A stretch of 64,000 bases of DNA from an uncultured Collinsella sp. Lineage in GTDB: Bacteria; Actinomycetota; Coriobacteriia; Coriobacteriales; Coriobacteriaceae. Under the pieces are notes generated by a model that worked only from the letters and a program-made list of their open reading frames with translations, did not search any database and was not told the origin of the DNA. A program made the translations under genes and the position numbers. Below, one piece after another: positions 1 to 9,812 of the stretch. The DNA lies in NCBI GenBank assembly GCA_902491565.1, contig CABUIE010000003.1:40111-104110 (forward strand), written 5' to 3'. Within the stretch, counting starts at the first letter, position 1. Each line of letters opens with the position of its first letter.

Positions 1-183
1 GCCGACCGCCGCCATGGCGAGGGTTCCCTGGTCGCCCGAGAAGTTACCGATGATGACCGTGGCGATGAGGTTCGACAGTTGCTCCAAGATGCTCGTGGCG
101 GCCACGGGGAAGGCGAACAGGGGAATATTGCGCCACAGCGAGCCGGTGGTCATGTCAATGTGCTTAGATACGGTGTCAGCCAT
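1..183 (-). CDS. MATE-family efflux transporter, N-terminal part (runs off window start)
   Basis: Manual translation from ATG at 183: MADTVSKHIDMTTGSLWRNIPLFAFPVAATSILEQLSNLIATVIIGNFSGDQGTLAMAAVG, matching the MATE N-terminus (DMTxG...FAxP...LAAVG). Confidence 0.8.
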   Translation of the reverse strand, partial: MADTVSKHIDMTTGSLWRNIPLFAFPVAATSILEQLSNLIATVIIGNFSGDQGTLAMAAVG

Positions 184-312
184 ACGCTCTCAATCTCTAA
201 TATGCTCTTTCGTGCTTATTTGCGCAGATGATGATACTCCTAATGCAACCAGTCGGCACTTAGGGACGTTCCTTTTCTGTCGGCAGCTGGGGACACTCCT
301 TATCTCTTCTAA

Positions 313-343
313 CTAGTCATTCAAGAACGTCCCCAATGACTAG
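313..343. repeat. REP-like palindrome, GGGGACGTTCT type (copy 1)
   Basis: CTAGTCATT-CAAGAACGTCCCC-AATGACTAG; its reverse complement nearly matches 54005-54033. Confidence 0.75.
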
Positions 344-399
344 GCGGGGAAGGCGTGCGACAATGGTGGGCGTTGTGTTGTTCGCGCTAAGGAGTTGCC

Positions 400-1215
400 A
401 TGTTGTTGTGTCCCGTTTGCCATGAGCCGCTGGTGGATAACGAGCGTGGTGCTGCATGTGCGGGCGGACACCGGTTTGACCGTGCGCGCGAGGGCTATCT
501 ATATCTATTGCGCTCGTCCAAGAGCGGCGACTCCATGGGCGATCCCAAGTCGCAGGCACGCAGCCGTCGTGACTTTCTGAATCGCGACTACTATGCGCCA
601 TTGCGCGATGCGATGGTCGAGCTGGTGCGCGAACGAGCGGCTGAGCGCGGGGCGTCCGCAAGCAAGCCGCTGAGCCTGCTCGACATCTGCTGTGGCGAGG
701 GTTACTACACAAGTGCCATGGGCGCGGTGCCGAACGTTGATGCCTACGGGTTTGACCTGGGTAAGGAAATGGTGCGCTTGGCTGCCAAACGAGGTGGCGC
801 GACGTATTTCGTTGCCAACATGAAGGATATCCCCGTGGCCGATGGCGCTTTCGATATGGTGACCGAGCTCTTTGCTCCCTTTAATGAGCGCGAGTTTGCC
901 CGCGTGCTGGCACCGGAGGGTTCGCTCTACACCGTGGTGCCGGGTGCCCGCCATCTGTTTGGGCTCAAGGAGGTACTCTACGACACGCCGTACCTTAACG
1001 ACGAGAAGCTGCCGAAGACCACCGAGCTCGAGTTGGTCGGAACGCATCGGGTGTCTGCGAATATTACGCTTCAGACCCAGGCGGACATCGAGGCGGTGTT
1101 CCAGATGACGCCGTACTACTACCGCACGCGCCCCGCCGACAAAGAGCGCCTGGCAAACCTCGATACCCTTCAGACTGACATCGACTTCATCATCGCCGAG
1201 TACCGCCACAGCTAA
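400..1215 (+). CDS. RlmA-like 23S rRNA m1G methyltransferase (N-terminal Zn finger + SAM-MTase)
   Basis: CPVC...C..GHRFDRAREGY Zn finger, LLDICCGEGYY SAM motif, MTPYYY motif; RBS AAGGAG, TTG start. Confidence 0.85.
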   Translation: MLLCPVCHEPLVDNERGAACAGGHRFDRAREGYLYLLRSSKSGDSMGDPKSQARSRRDFLNRDYYAPLRDAMVELVRERAAERGASASKPLSLLDICCGEGYYTSAMGAVPNVDAYGFDLGKEMVRLAAKRGGATYFVANMKDIPVADGAFDMVTELFAPFNEREFARVLAPEGSLYTVVPGARHLFGLKEVLYDTPYLNDEKLPKTTELELVGTHRVSANITLQTQADIEAVFQMTPYYYRTRPADKERLANLDTLQTDIDFIIAEYRHS

Positions 1216-1216
1216 C

Positions 1217-1253
1217 AACCTGCCAAAAAGGGACAGGTTTATTTTGGTAGGTT
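1217..1253. repeat. REP-like palindrome ACCTGCCAAAAAGGGACAGGTTTATTTTGGYAGGT (copy 1)
   Basis: Near-identical to 25549-25583. Confidence 0.8.
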
Positions 1254-1268
1254 TTATCTGGGCAAACG

Positions 1269-1307
1269 TAAAGGGCCGACCGCGGAGATGCGCGATCGGC
1301 CCTTTTT
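1269..1307. terminator. Bidirectional intrinsic terminator between convergent genes
   Basis: AAAAGGGCCGA...TCGGCCCTTTTT hairpin. Confidence 0.65.
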
Positions 1308-1343
1308 AGTTGCTTGGCTGCAGAGGTTATGAGAAGCGAGCGC

Positions 1344-1745
1344 TTACAGGCGGTCCTTGTTCTCGGCCTTAACGGCGTGTGCCTGCTGGACAAAGAACAG
1401 GTCGTACACCACGATGACAAAGGCGCCAAAGTTGATGGCGTCGCCGCCAAACGCGGGAAGCGTGAGCACCGCTTGGGCAAGCGTGGCGACCGCGGCAACA
1501 ATACCGAGCTTAAACGCGCCGTCCACCTGCGAAGGCTTGTTGGCGCCCTTGATACCGGCGACGCCTGCGGCAAGGTCGACGAGACCCTTGGCGATAAGCA
1601 CGACCGCTGCGAGCGTGGCGTACGAACCGTACGTGGAATCGAGACCGCCCGTGGCGATACCGACGCCGGCGGTGACGAGGCTGGCGATGCCCAAAACAAA
1701 GTAGATGAGAGCAAGGATTTTGAGAGTCTTGCGAGTGAAGCTCAT
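1344..1745 (-). CDS. Small 4-TM membrane protein
   Basis: MSFTRKTLKILALIYFVLG...; four hydrophobic segments; RBS AAAGGA. Confidence 0.75.
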   Translation of the reverse strand: MSFTRKTLKILALIYFVLGIASLVTAGVGIATGGLDSTYGSYATLAAVVLIAKGLVDLAAGVAGIKGANKPSQVDGAFKLGIVAAVATLAQAVLTLPAFGGDAINFGAFVIVVYDLFFVQQAHAVKAENKDRL

Positions 1746-1972
1746 GGCTGGTCCTTTCGATACGAGTACGCCAACTTGGCGCACCCAATGTACTGCACAT
1801 ATGGTGAAGCACATTGTAGTTCAACGCGGCGATGCATGCGTTGAAAGCGTCTCTTGCCTGCACGGTCCAACCTTTCAAAAAGGAAAGCCAGCTGTAAGGC
1901 AAATCGATGGCAGCCCATGTGCGGCGCTGCGATGATGAGGCCGTAACAAGGAGCTGGTCTCAAGGAGGAGTC

Positions 1973-2116
1973 ATGATGTACGGAGCAGGGCAAGTGCGTG
2001 AGCCGCGGTCGTTGGGAAGGCGCATGGGTGATTCCGTGATCGCTGCCGTGTGCACGGTATTGATGGCGGTGCTTTGCATTGGGATGCTGTGGACCATGTC
2101 GCATGTGGGACAATAG
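1973..2116 (+). CDS. Small single-TM hypothetical protein (47 aa)
   Basis: Strong RBS AAGGAGGAG before ATG 1973; hydrophobic C-terminal stretch VIAAVCTVLMAVLCIGMLW. Confidence 0.5.
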   Translation: MMYGAGQVREPRSLGRRMGDSVIAAVCTVLMAVLCIGMLWTMSHVGQ

Positions 2117-2179
2117 CGGACGGTTGGGTACCGACGTAAGCGGTGCTCACGTATTCGTTTTGCTTGTTAAGGAGTACCC

Positions 2180-2884
2180 ATGGGCGTAGTCGATCCCTTT
2201 TCTGTTGCTCGGGCCGCGGGGCTTGAGCTGACCGGGAAGTCCGAGGGACTCACGCTCACCGACGGCACGATGGAGCTGCGCGCCGATTTCACCCGCATGC
2301 ATCCGCGGCTCAAGCAGGGCCGTTTGCAGCAAGAGCTGCTGGTAAAGGCTGCGCGCACAAAAGGTATCGAGTGCCCATGGGCGATTGATGCCACGGCAGG
2401 CTTTGGCGAGGATTCGCTGCTGTTGGCGGCCGCGGGCTTTACCGTCGATCTGTATGAGCAGGATTGCGTGATCGCGGCACTCCTCAAGGATGCTTTGGAT
2501 CGCGCGGCAGATGATCCGGCGCTTGCGACAGCCGTGGCGCGCATGCGCTTACATGCGGGCGAGGACAGTATTACCGGCCTTCGCCATACAGCTGAGCTGA
2601 TCGGGCAGGGCGAGCTCGCGGCTCCCGACGTGGTGTATCTGGACCCCATGTTTCCCGAGCGTACTAAAAGTGCGGCGGTCAAAAAGAAGTTCCAGCTCCT
2701 ACATCATCTGGAACAGCCGTGCGCCGATGAGGAGACGCTGGTCGAAGCTGTGCTTGCGGTGCATCCGCGCAAGGTCGTTATCAAGCGGCCGGTGAAGGGG
2801 CCGCTGCTTGCCGGCGTTAAGCCGAGCTATCAACTTGCGGGCAAGGCAGTTCGTTACGATGTTTTAGTGCCGCCGCGCCCGTAG
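2180..2884 (+). CDS. rsmJ: RsmJ/YhiQ-like 16S rRNA m2G1516 methyltransferase
   Basis: IDATAGFGEDS, DVVYLDPMFP, VVIKRP and RYD motifs. Confidence 0.8.
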   Translation: MGVVDPFSVARAAGLELTGKSEGLTLTDGTMELRADFTRMHPRLKQGRLQQELLVKAARTKGIECPWAIDATAGFGEDSLLLAAAGFTVDLYEQDCVIAALLKDALDRAADDPALATAVARMRLHAGEDSITGLRHTAELIGQGELAAPDVVYLDPMFPERTKSAAVKKKFQLLHHLEQPCADEETLVEAVLAVHPRKVVIKRPVKGPLLAGVKPSYQLAGKAVRYDVLVPPRP

Positions 2885-2932
2885 CTTGCGTGCGATGGCT
2901 GGCACTCCGTCAGTGCCGTACCGATGCGGCGC

Positions 2933-3229
2933 CTATTTCCAAGGGTGCGACGTCAGGTGCCAGCCGCCGCAGTATTCGCATTTGTAGCAGGCCAAACCAC
3001 GCCGCCCATGGTTTTCGCAGTCGGCCATGACTGCCTCGGCCTCGGCACGCGTGTCGTAACGGTTTTTGCGTTCGCACGACTTGTAGCGCCAGGCTTCATC
3101 GCGCTCGGCGTCCAGGGCGTCGCGGCGCTCATCCTCGCGCGCAAACAGGTCGCTCATGTCGCCGCCCGTAGCAGCGCCCAAAAACTCGCTTTTGGCCTTT
3201 GACCAGGCGGCTCGCTTTTTGCTCCCCAT
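2933..3229 (-). CDS. Hypothetical protein with C-terminal Zn-ribbon-like motif
   Basis: SCERKNRY...YKCEYCGGWHLTS. Confidence 0.7.
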   Translation of the reverse strand: MGSKKRAAWSKAKSEFLGAATGGDMSDLFAREDERRDALDAERDEAWRYKSCERKNRYDTRAEAEAVMADCENHGRRGLACYKCEYCGGWHLTSHPWK

Positions 3230-3303
3230 CTGCTTCGCGCCCCTCTTCAAACGCTGGTATCATTGCTCAATCAAAGTGATACCAATAAACGTGAGGTCGC
3301 CGC

Positions 3304-3795
3304 GTGATGATCAGAAAAACCCTCGATACCGACATTCCCGCCGTCATGGCTATCTATGACGCCGCCCGCGCCTTTATGCGCGCGCATGGCAACGCCACGC
3401 AGTGGCCCGAGGGCACGCCTTCTGCCGAGCAACTGACTGCCGATATTGCCGCTGGTGGCAGCTATGTGTGCGAAGTCGACGGTCGCGTGGTGGCGACGTT
3501 TGCCTTTTTACCGGGCCCGGACGAGTGCTATGACGTAATTGAGGACGGTCAATGGCGTAGCGACACTCCGTACGCCGTGCTGCACCGTGTGGCATCCGAT
3601 GGCACCGTGCGCGGTATCGCGGCTGCGATGTTTGCTTTTGCCAAGGAGCGCGCCGACCACCTGCGTATCGACACGCATCAGGACAACCTGCCCATGCAGG
3701 GCGCGAGCATCAAGGCCGGATTTGAGCGTGCCGGCGTCGTGTATGTGTCGGACGGCACGCCGCGTGTTGCGTTCGACTGGTTGCGCGAGGCGTAA
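3304..3795 (+). CDS. GNAT-family N-acetyltransferase
   Basis: LHRVASDGTVRGIA, RIDTHQDNLPMQ, GFERAG motifs. Confidence 0.85.
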   Translation: MMIRKTLDTDIPAVMAIYDAARAFMRAHGNATQWPEGTPSAEQLTADIAAGGSYVCEVDGRVVATFAFLPGPDECYDVIEDGQWRSDTPYAVLHRVASDGTVRGIAAAMFAFAKERADHLRIDTHQDNLPMQGASIKAGFERAGVVYVSDGTPRVAFDWLREA

Positions 3796-4049
3796 GAGCA
3801 GGAACGCGTATCAACAATTCGCACGAACGAAAATGGTCCCACCCGGGGCCATTTTCGTTCGCTGCGCTGATTTGCAAGCCGGCTTTCGCAAGGCGCGAAC
3901 CTACGAAAATCGCCGCGCGGCAACGCGGGGCGATGAGCTCGGTCGGGGAATAGGGCCCGCTTCGCCCGCCGGCCCGTAAATTGTATCATCCAGTGTGAAG
4001 CGTGAACGCCCGTTGCCGCGTGCGATGGGCTCGTAATAAGAGGAGGGCC

Positions 4050-6053
4050 ATGTCGAAGCAAGCGGTCGTTGGAATCTTGGCGCATGTCGATGCCGGCAAG
4101 ACCACGTTGGCCGAGGCCATGCTGTTCAACGCGGGTCGTATTCGCAAGCGCGGCCGCGTGGACGATGGCGATTCGCATCTGGACACGAACGCGATCGAGC
4201 GCGAGCGCGGCATTACGATTTTCTCGTCGCAGGCCGTGCTCGACCATGGTGATGCCCATGTCATGCTCGTGGATGCGCCGGGGCATGTCGATTTTTCTGC
4301 CGAGGCGGAGCGCACATTGCGCGCGCTGGACTACGCGATTTTGGTTGTGGGTGCCAACGATGGCGTGCAGGGGCATACCGAAACTCTGTGGCGCCTGCTT
4401 GCGCGCTATGACATTCCGACGTTCATCTTTATCAACAAAATTGATTTGGAGAATCCCGGTCGCGATGTTTTGCTGGCACAGCTCGGGCAGCGTCTTTCCG
4501 AAGGCTGCCTGGATGCCAACGAACTGCTGGCGGGCGGCGCCGTTCAGGAGGACGCTGCTGCGTTGGACGAAGCGGCGCTCGAGGAGTTTCTTGAGGCGGG
4601 TGAGCTTTCCGTCGTAACGCTGTCGCGCATGGTTGCCGAGCGCAAGCTCTTTCCCTGCTTTGCCGGCTCGGCGCTCAAGGACCAAGGCGTGGACGAGCTG
4701 CTAGATGGCATGTGTACACTGATGCGTGAACAGGCGTGGCTCGCGGAGTTTGCCGCGCGCGTCTACCGCGTGAGCCGCGGGGATCGCGGTGAGCGCTTGG
4801 CTTGGGTTAAAGTGACCGGCGGCACGCTGCATGCCAAGCAGATGATTAACGGACGTTCCGGTGCCGAGGCATGGGAGCAAAAGATCGACCAGGTACGCAT
4901 CTATAACGGCGAGAAGTATGAGCTTGCCCAAGAAGTTGCTGCTGGCGGTATTTGTGCCGTGACGGGTCTTGCACACGTTCGCCCAGGGGACGCCCTAGGC
5001 GCGGAGCCCGCGGGCGATGCGCCCGTCATTGCGCCAGTTCTCACCTATACGGTGCTTCCGGGCGAACACGATGTCCACGCGGTGTTCAAAGCACTGACTG
5101 AGCTGGCGGACGAAGACCCCATGCTCGGCGTAAGCTGGAATACGCATCTTGAGCAGATTCATTTGCAGTTGATGGGCGCCGTGCAACTCGAGGTCGTGCA
5201 GCGGGTGTTGGCCGATCGCTTTGGCCTTTCGATTGCGTTTGAGCCCGGCGGCATTCTCTATAAGGAGACCATTTCGCAGCCGGTCGAGGGCGTGGGCCAC
5301 TTTGAGCCGCTGCGCCACTATGCCGAGGTGCATCTGCGCCTGGAGCCATTGCCGGTGGGCTCGGGCGTGCAGTTTGGTACCGTTGCCTCAACCGACGAGC
5401 TCGATCTTAACTGGCAGCGTTTGGCGCTCACCAACGCCATGGAGCGCGACCACTTGGGCGTGCTGACCGGCTCGCCCATCACCGATGTGCGCATCACGCT
5501 CACGGGCGGCCGCGCACATGCCAAACACACCGAGGGCGGCGATTTTCGCCAGGCCACGTACCGCGCGATTCGCCAGGGTTTGATGCAGGCGCGTGAGGTC
5601 GGCGCAGCCGTGCTGCTGGAGCCGTGGTACCACTTTGAGCTCGAGGTGCCGGGGGAGTGCGTGGGCCGGGCGCTCTCGGATGCCACGCGCATGGGTGCCG
5701 AGTACGAGCCGCCGACGATGACAGGCGACCGGGCGAAGCTTGTGGGTCGCGTGCCGGCATCCGAGGTGCAGGATTATGCGCTGGAGGTGGCTGCCTACAC
5801 GAGTGGTCGCGGGCATCTGTACCTGGAGTTCGCCGGCTATGCGGCTTGCCATGATGACGAGCGCATAATCGAGACGGCCGCCTATGAGCCCGAGGCCGAT
5901 CTGCCCAACACGCCCGACTCAGTCTTTTGCTCTCACGGCGCCGGTTACACGGTCAAATGGTACGACGTACCCGCCGCGGCGCACGTAAAGGTCGACCCCG
6001 CCACCTTCCGCCCTTGGCGAGCGGCAGACGCAGAGTTTTTCGGCCACATGTGA
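4050..6053 (+). CDS. EF-G/TetM-like translation GTPase (ribosomal-protection-like family)
   Basis: GILAHVDAGKTT, ERERGITI, DAPGHVDF, NKID, HTEGGDFRQAT, LLEPWY; RBS AGGAGG. Confidence 0.9.
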   Translation: MSKQAVVGILAHVDAGKTTLAEAMLFNAGRIRKRGRVDDGDSHLDTNAIERERGITIFSSQAVLDHGDAHVMLVDAPGHVDFSAEAERTLRALDYAILVVGANDGVQGHTETLWRLLARYDIPTFIFINKIDLENPGRDVLLAQLGQRLSEGCLDANELLAGGAVQEDAAALDEAALEEFLEAGELSVVTLSRMVAERKLFPCFAGSALKDQGVDELLDGMCTLMREQAWLAEFAARVYRVSRGDRGERLAWVKVTGGTLHAKQMINGRSGAEAWEQKIDQVRIYNGEKYELAQEVAAGGICAVTGLAHVRPGDALGAEPAGDAPVIAPVLTYTVLPGEHDVHAVFKALTELADEDPMLGVSWNTHLEQIHLQLMGAVQLEVVQRVLADRFGLSIAFEPGGILYKETISQPVEGVGHFEPLRHYAEVHLRLEPLPVGSGVQFGTVASTDELDLNWQRLALTNAMERDHLGVLTGSPITDVRITLTGGRAHAKHTEGGDFRQATYRAIRQGLMQAREVGAAVLLEPWYHFELEVPGECVGRALSDATRMGAEYEPPTMTGDRAKLVGRVPASEVQDYALEVAAYTSGRGHLYLEFAGYAACHDDERIIETAAYEPEADLPNTPDSVFCSHGAGYTVKWYDVPAAAHVKVDPATFRPWRAADAEFFGHM

Positions 6054-6079
6054 CAAAGGGACAACCCCTTTGTCACATG
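6047..6079. repeat. REP-like palindrome ATGTGACAAAGGGAC..CCTTTGTCACAT (copy 1)
   Basis: Hairpin containing the GTPase stop codon; twin at 9775-9807. Confidence 0.8.
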
Positions 6080-6146
6080 CTATTGGTATAACTCGGTATA
6101 AGTTGGTATAACTATTACCAGGGTTTGCCAATCCGAGGAGGCCGAC

Positions 6147-7265
6147 ATGAATCTAAATCCCTTTAAGCCCACGGCTGGCAAGCGGCCTCCGATACTCATC
6201 GGTCGCGAGTCGGTCATCGAAGATTTCGAGGAAGGGCTCGATAACGGCGCCGGAGCGCCGGGCAGGCTCATGCTCATTACGGGAAATCGCGGCTGCGGCA
6301 AGACGGTTCTCCTGCGGGAGCTGCAACGTCTAGCCAATGAGCGCGGATGGGCGGTTGTCTCCGATTCCGCTTCGCTTGGCTTATGCGACCGCTTGGCCGA
6401 TGCGCTTCGCTCGAATAAACCCGTTGTGACGTCAATGGAGTTTGCTCCGTCGTTTGGCCGGATGTCGGTCGAGGCGGCGCGAGCAAAGGGCGAGACGTTG
6501 CGCGGGCTGGTCAACGAGCGCCTCAAGAGGCTCGGTCCAGGCCAGGGCATACTGTTTGCGATTGACGAGGCTCAATCTGCGTCTATCGAGGAACTGGCGG
6601 CTCTTGCCGTTCTCTATCAGCAGGTGCTCGGAGATCAAGATGCCACGGGCTTGTCCGATAGCGACCAGCGCGGCCTTGCGCTTGTTTTTGCCGGCTTACC
6701 CAGTATGGTTGACGATCTGCTCGAAGAGCCGAGCGTGACGTTTTTGCGGCGTGCCCAGCAGCGTACGCTGGAGGCGATATCCTTGCCCAAGGTGCGTGAT
6801 TCATATATCCAGACGGTCAAAGATGCTGGCCTTTACGTTGACGCGGAGACGGCGGACCTTGCGGCACGCAAGAGCATGGGGCATCCCTATATGGTTCAGC
6901 TGGTGGGATATTACATGTGGCGGGCTGCTGTCCGGCGTGGCTCGCAGGTCATTGAAGTGTGCGATGTCGAGGCTGGCTACGCCGATGCCGTCTCCGAGTT
7001 CTATGAAGCGGTCGACGCGCCCCTGTATTATGGGCTGCGCAGTCCACAGCGCCTCTTTATCGAGGCCATGGCGGTTGACGAGGGCAAACCGACGCGCATG
7101 GCGGATATCATTGAGCGTTGCGATCGCACCCAGAGCTGGGCGAGTAAATATCGCGCAAGTCTGATTCGCGAGCGCGTCATCGAGGCTGCTGGATACGGCC
7201 TCGTCCGGTTTACCGTGCCCATGCTGGGCGTGTACATTCGCGATCGAGTTTTATGGCATGAGTAG
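6147..7265 (+). CDS. AAA+ ATPase (AAA_16/archaeal-ATPase-like) with probable C-terminal winged helix
   Basis: NPFKP start, GNRGCGKT Walker A, FAIDEAQ Walker B, GHPYMVQLVG, YRASLIRERVI. Confidence 0.85.
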   Translation: MNLNPFKPTAGKRPPILIGRESVIEDFEEGLDNGAGAPGRLMLITGNRGCGKTVLLRELQRLANERGWAVVSDSASLGLCDRLADALRSNKPVVTSMEFAPSFGRMSVEAARAKGETLRGLVNERLKRLGPGQGILFAIDEAQSASIEELAALAVLYQQVLGDQDATGLSDSDQRGLALVFAGLPSMVDDLLEEPSVTFLRRAQQRTLEAISLPKVRDSYIQTVKDAGLYVDAETADLAARKSMGHPYMVQLVGYYMWRAAVRRGSQVIEVCDVEAGYADAVSEFYEAVDAPLYYGLRSPQRLFIEAMAVDEGKPTRMADIIERCDRTQSWASKYRASLIRERVIEAAGYGLVRFTVPMLGVYIRDRVLWHE

Positions 7266-9771
7266 GGTGATAAAGGTGACGGAACAGAAGATGAGCCCGC
7301 AGGCTATCGAGGTGCGTGGCGCGCGTGTCCATAACCTTAAGGACATCGATATTGATATCCCGCTGGGAAAGCTCGTGAGTATTGCCGGCGTGTCGGGTTC
7401 GGGCAAGAGTTCGCTGGCACTGGGGGTTCTTTATGCCGAGGGCTCGCGTCGCTACTTGGAAGCACTTAGCACCTATACCCGCCGTCGTTTGACGCAGGCC
7501 GAGCACGCTCAGGTGGATGAGGTATTGCACGTACCGGCGGCGCTCGCATTGCATCAGCGCCCCAGCGTACCGGGCGTGCGCTCGACCTTTGGCACCATGA
7601 CCGAGCTTAACAATAGCCTGCGTCTGCTCTTTAGCCGCTGTGCCCATCACGTGTGCCCGCATTGCGGGGCGCGTGTGGAGCCGAGCCTTAACGTGGCTGC
7701 GGGCCTGTCGCTCACGTGCCCTGCGTGCGGTCGCGAGTTCTACGCGCCGAGTGCCGAGGATTTGGCTTTCAATAGCGGCGGTGCGTGTCCCACCTGCGGC
7801 GGCACCGGTGTCATGCGCGAGGTGGACGAAGCGAGCCTGGTGCCCGACGAGTCAAAGACCATCAATGAAGGCGCGGTGCTTCCTTGGGGCACGCTCATGT
7901 GGGATCTGATGAAGCAGATAGCCGGCGAGATGGGCGTACGCACCGACGTGCCGTTTAACCAGCTCACGCCTCAAGAGCGCGACATCGTGTTCCACGGCCC
8001 GGCGGTTAAGAAGCATATTCTCTACGTTCCCAAAAACGGCGAGGGCGCCACGTCGCTCGACTTCACCTATTACAACGCCGTCTATACCGTGGAGAATGCG
8101 CTTGCCAAGGTTAAGGACGACAAGGGCCTCAAACGCGTTGCGCGCTTTTTGCGCGAGGGGCCATGCCGCGACTGTGGTGGTACGCGTCTTTCCGAGGCTG
8201 CGCGCCAGCCCCAAGTGCGCGGTATCAATCTGGCGCAGGCCGCGGCCATGACGCTGGGCGAGACGATTGAGTGGGTGCGCGGGGTGCCCGCATCCTTGCC
8301 GCCCGAGATGCGGCCCATGGCGGCGGATATCTGCGATTCGTTTTTGAGCGCGGCCCGTCGTCTGGTCGACCTGGGTCTCGATTACCTTTCACTCGACCGC
8401 GCTGGTGCCACGCTCTCCACGGGTGAGCGCCAGCGCGTTCAGCTCGCCCGCGTGGTGCGCAACCGATCGACGGGCGTGCTCTATGTGCTGGACGAGCCCT
8501 CGATTGGCTTGCATCCTGCCAATGTCGACGGCCTGGTGGGCGTGATGCGCGATCTGGTGGATGACGGCAACACCGTGGTTGTTGTCGACCACGATACGCG
8601 CGTACTGGCGGAAGCCGACTATCTTGTCGAGATGGGCCCCGTTGCCGGAGCAGGCGGCGGCAATGTGATCGCCGCTGGTACGGTAGACGAGGTCGAGCAA
8701 TCGCGGGACAGCCGCATCGCTCCGTTTTTGCGCGCCGAGCCCAAGCGCTTGCGCCCACAGGTGACTGACGACGAAATGTTCGACCAGGGCCATATCCGCA
8801 TGGCGACCGATACCATCCATACCGTCAAGCCGCTCGAAGTCGATATCCCGCGCGGTCGTCTCGTCGCGGTGACGGGTGTTTCGGGTTCGGGCAAGACGAC
8901 GTTGGTGCTCGAGACGCTCATCCCGGCGCTCAAGGCTCGGGCAGCTGGCGAGCGTCTGCCGGGGCACGTGCGTTGGGTCGATGCCGAGGACATTGCACGT
9001 GCCAACCTGATTGACGCCACGCCCATCGGTGCCAATGTTCGCTCGACGGTGGCAACCTATGCCGACATCCATGATGAGCTGCGCCGCGCCTTCGCCCGTA
9101 CGCCCGAGGCCAAGGCAGCCGGCTACAAGGCGGGTGCCTTTAGCTACAACACTGGCGCCTTGCGGTGCCCTACGTGCGACGGCACGGGATCGATATCGCT
9201 CGACGTGCAGTTTTTGCCCGATGTCGAGATCGTCTGCCCGGCATGCCGCGGCTCACGTTATGCAGACGCGGCTTCGCATATCCATCGTGAGGGCAAGGAC
9301 GGGAGCCTGCTTACGTTGCCGCAGCTCATGGATATGAGTGTGGACGAGGCTATCGACGCCACGGTGGGGCTCAAGAAAGTTCAGACGCGTTTGCAGACCT
9401 TGCATGACCTAGGCTTGGGCTATCTCACGCTCGGTGAGCCCACGCCGGCGCTCTCGGGCGGCGAGGCACAACGCCTTAAGCTCGCGAGCGAGATGGGCCG
9501 CGTGCAGGATGATGCCGTATTCGTATTTGACGAGCCCACGATCGGCCTACATCCGCTCGATGTTCAGGTGTTGTTGAGTGTGTTCGATGGCCTCGTCGCC
9601 AAGGGCGCCACGGTTATCGTGATCGAACACGATCTCGACCTTATCCGTAACGCCGATTACGTGATCGACATGGGCCCGGGCGGCGGCGATGCGGGCGGGC
9701 AAATCGTTTGCGCCGGCACGCCGGGCGACATCGCAGCTTGCTCCGCAAGCATCACCGGTCGCTATCTATAA
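7258..9771 (+). CDS. Class II UvrA-like ABC ATPase (UvrA2/DrrC-like); exact start uncertain
   Basis: GARVHNLK, two GVSGSGK Walker A motifs, LSTGERQR/LSGGEAQR, CxxC Zn fingers; shorter than canonical UvrA. Confidence 0.9.
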   Translation: MSRVIKVTEQKMSPQAIEVRGARVHNLKDIDIDIPLGKLVSIAGVSGSGKSSLALGVLYAEGSRRYLEALSTYTRRRLTQAEHAQVDEVLHVPAALALHQRPSVPGVRSTFGTMTELNNSLRLLFSRCAHHVCPHCGARVEPSLNVAAGLSLTCPACGREFYAPSAEDLAFNSGGACPTCGGTGVMREVDEASLVPDESKTINEGAVLPWGTLMWDLMKQIAGEMGVRTDVPFNQLTPQERDIVFHGPAVKKHILYVPKNGEGATSLDFTYYNAVYTVENALAKVKDDKGLKRVARFLREGPCRDCGGTRLSEAARQPQVRGINLAQAAAMTLGETIEWVRGVPASLPPEMRPMAADICDSFLSAARRLVDLGLDYLSLDRAGATLSTGERQRVQLARVVRNRSTGVLYVLDEPSIGLHPANVDGLVGVMRDLVDDGNTVVVVDHDTRVLAEADYLVEMGPVAGAGGGNVIAAGTVDEVEQSRDSRIAPFLRAEPKRLRPQVTDDEMFDQGHIRMATDTIHTVKPLEVDIPRGRLVAVTGVSGSGKTTLVLETLIPALKARAAGERLPGHVRWVDAEDIARANLIDATPIGANVRSTVATYADIHDELRRAFARTPEAKAAGYKAGAFSYNTGALRCPTCDGTGSISLDVQFLPDVEIVCPACRGSRYADAASHIHREGKDGSLLTLPQLMDMSVDEAIDATVGLKKVQTRLQTLHDLGLGYLTLGEPTPALSGGEAQRLKLASEMGRVQDDAVFVFDEPTIGLHPLDVQVLLSVFDGLVAKGATVIVIEHDLDLIRNADYVIDMGPGGGDAGGQIVCAGTPGDIAACSASITGRYL

Positions 9772-9774
9772 CCG

Positions 9775-9807
9775 AATGTGACAAAGGGACAGTTCCTTTG
9801 TCACATT
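9775..9807. repeat. REP-like palindrome (copy 2 of 6047-6079)
   Basis: AATGTGACAAAGGGACAGTTCCTTTGTCACATT. Confidence 0.8.
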
Positions 9808-9812
9808 GACTT

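Noticed and set aside
4050..6053. Bona fide tetracycline resistance gene (tetM/tetW)
   Set aside because: Host-like composition, no mobile context, and the FEPLRHYAEV/DSVFCSHGAG motifs of the uncharacterised paralogue group; resistance cannot be inferred
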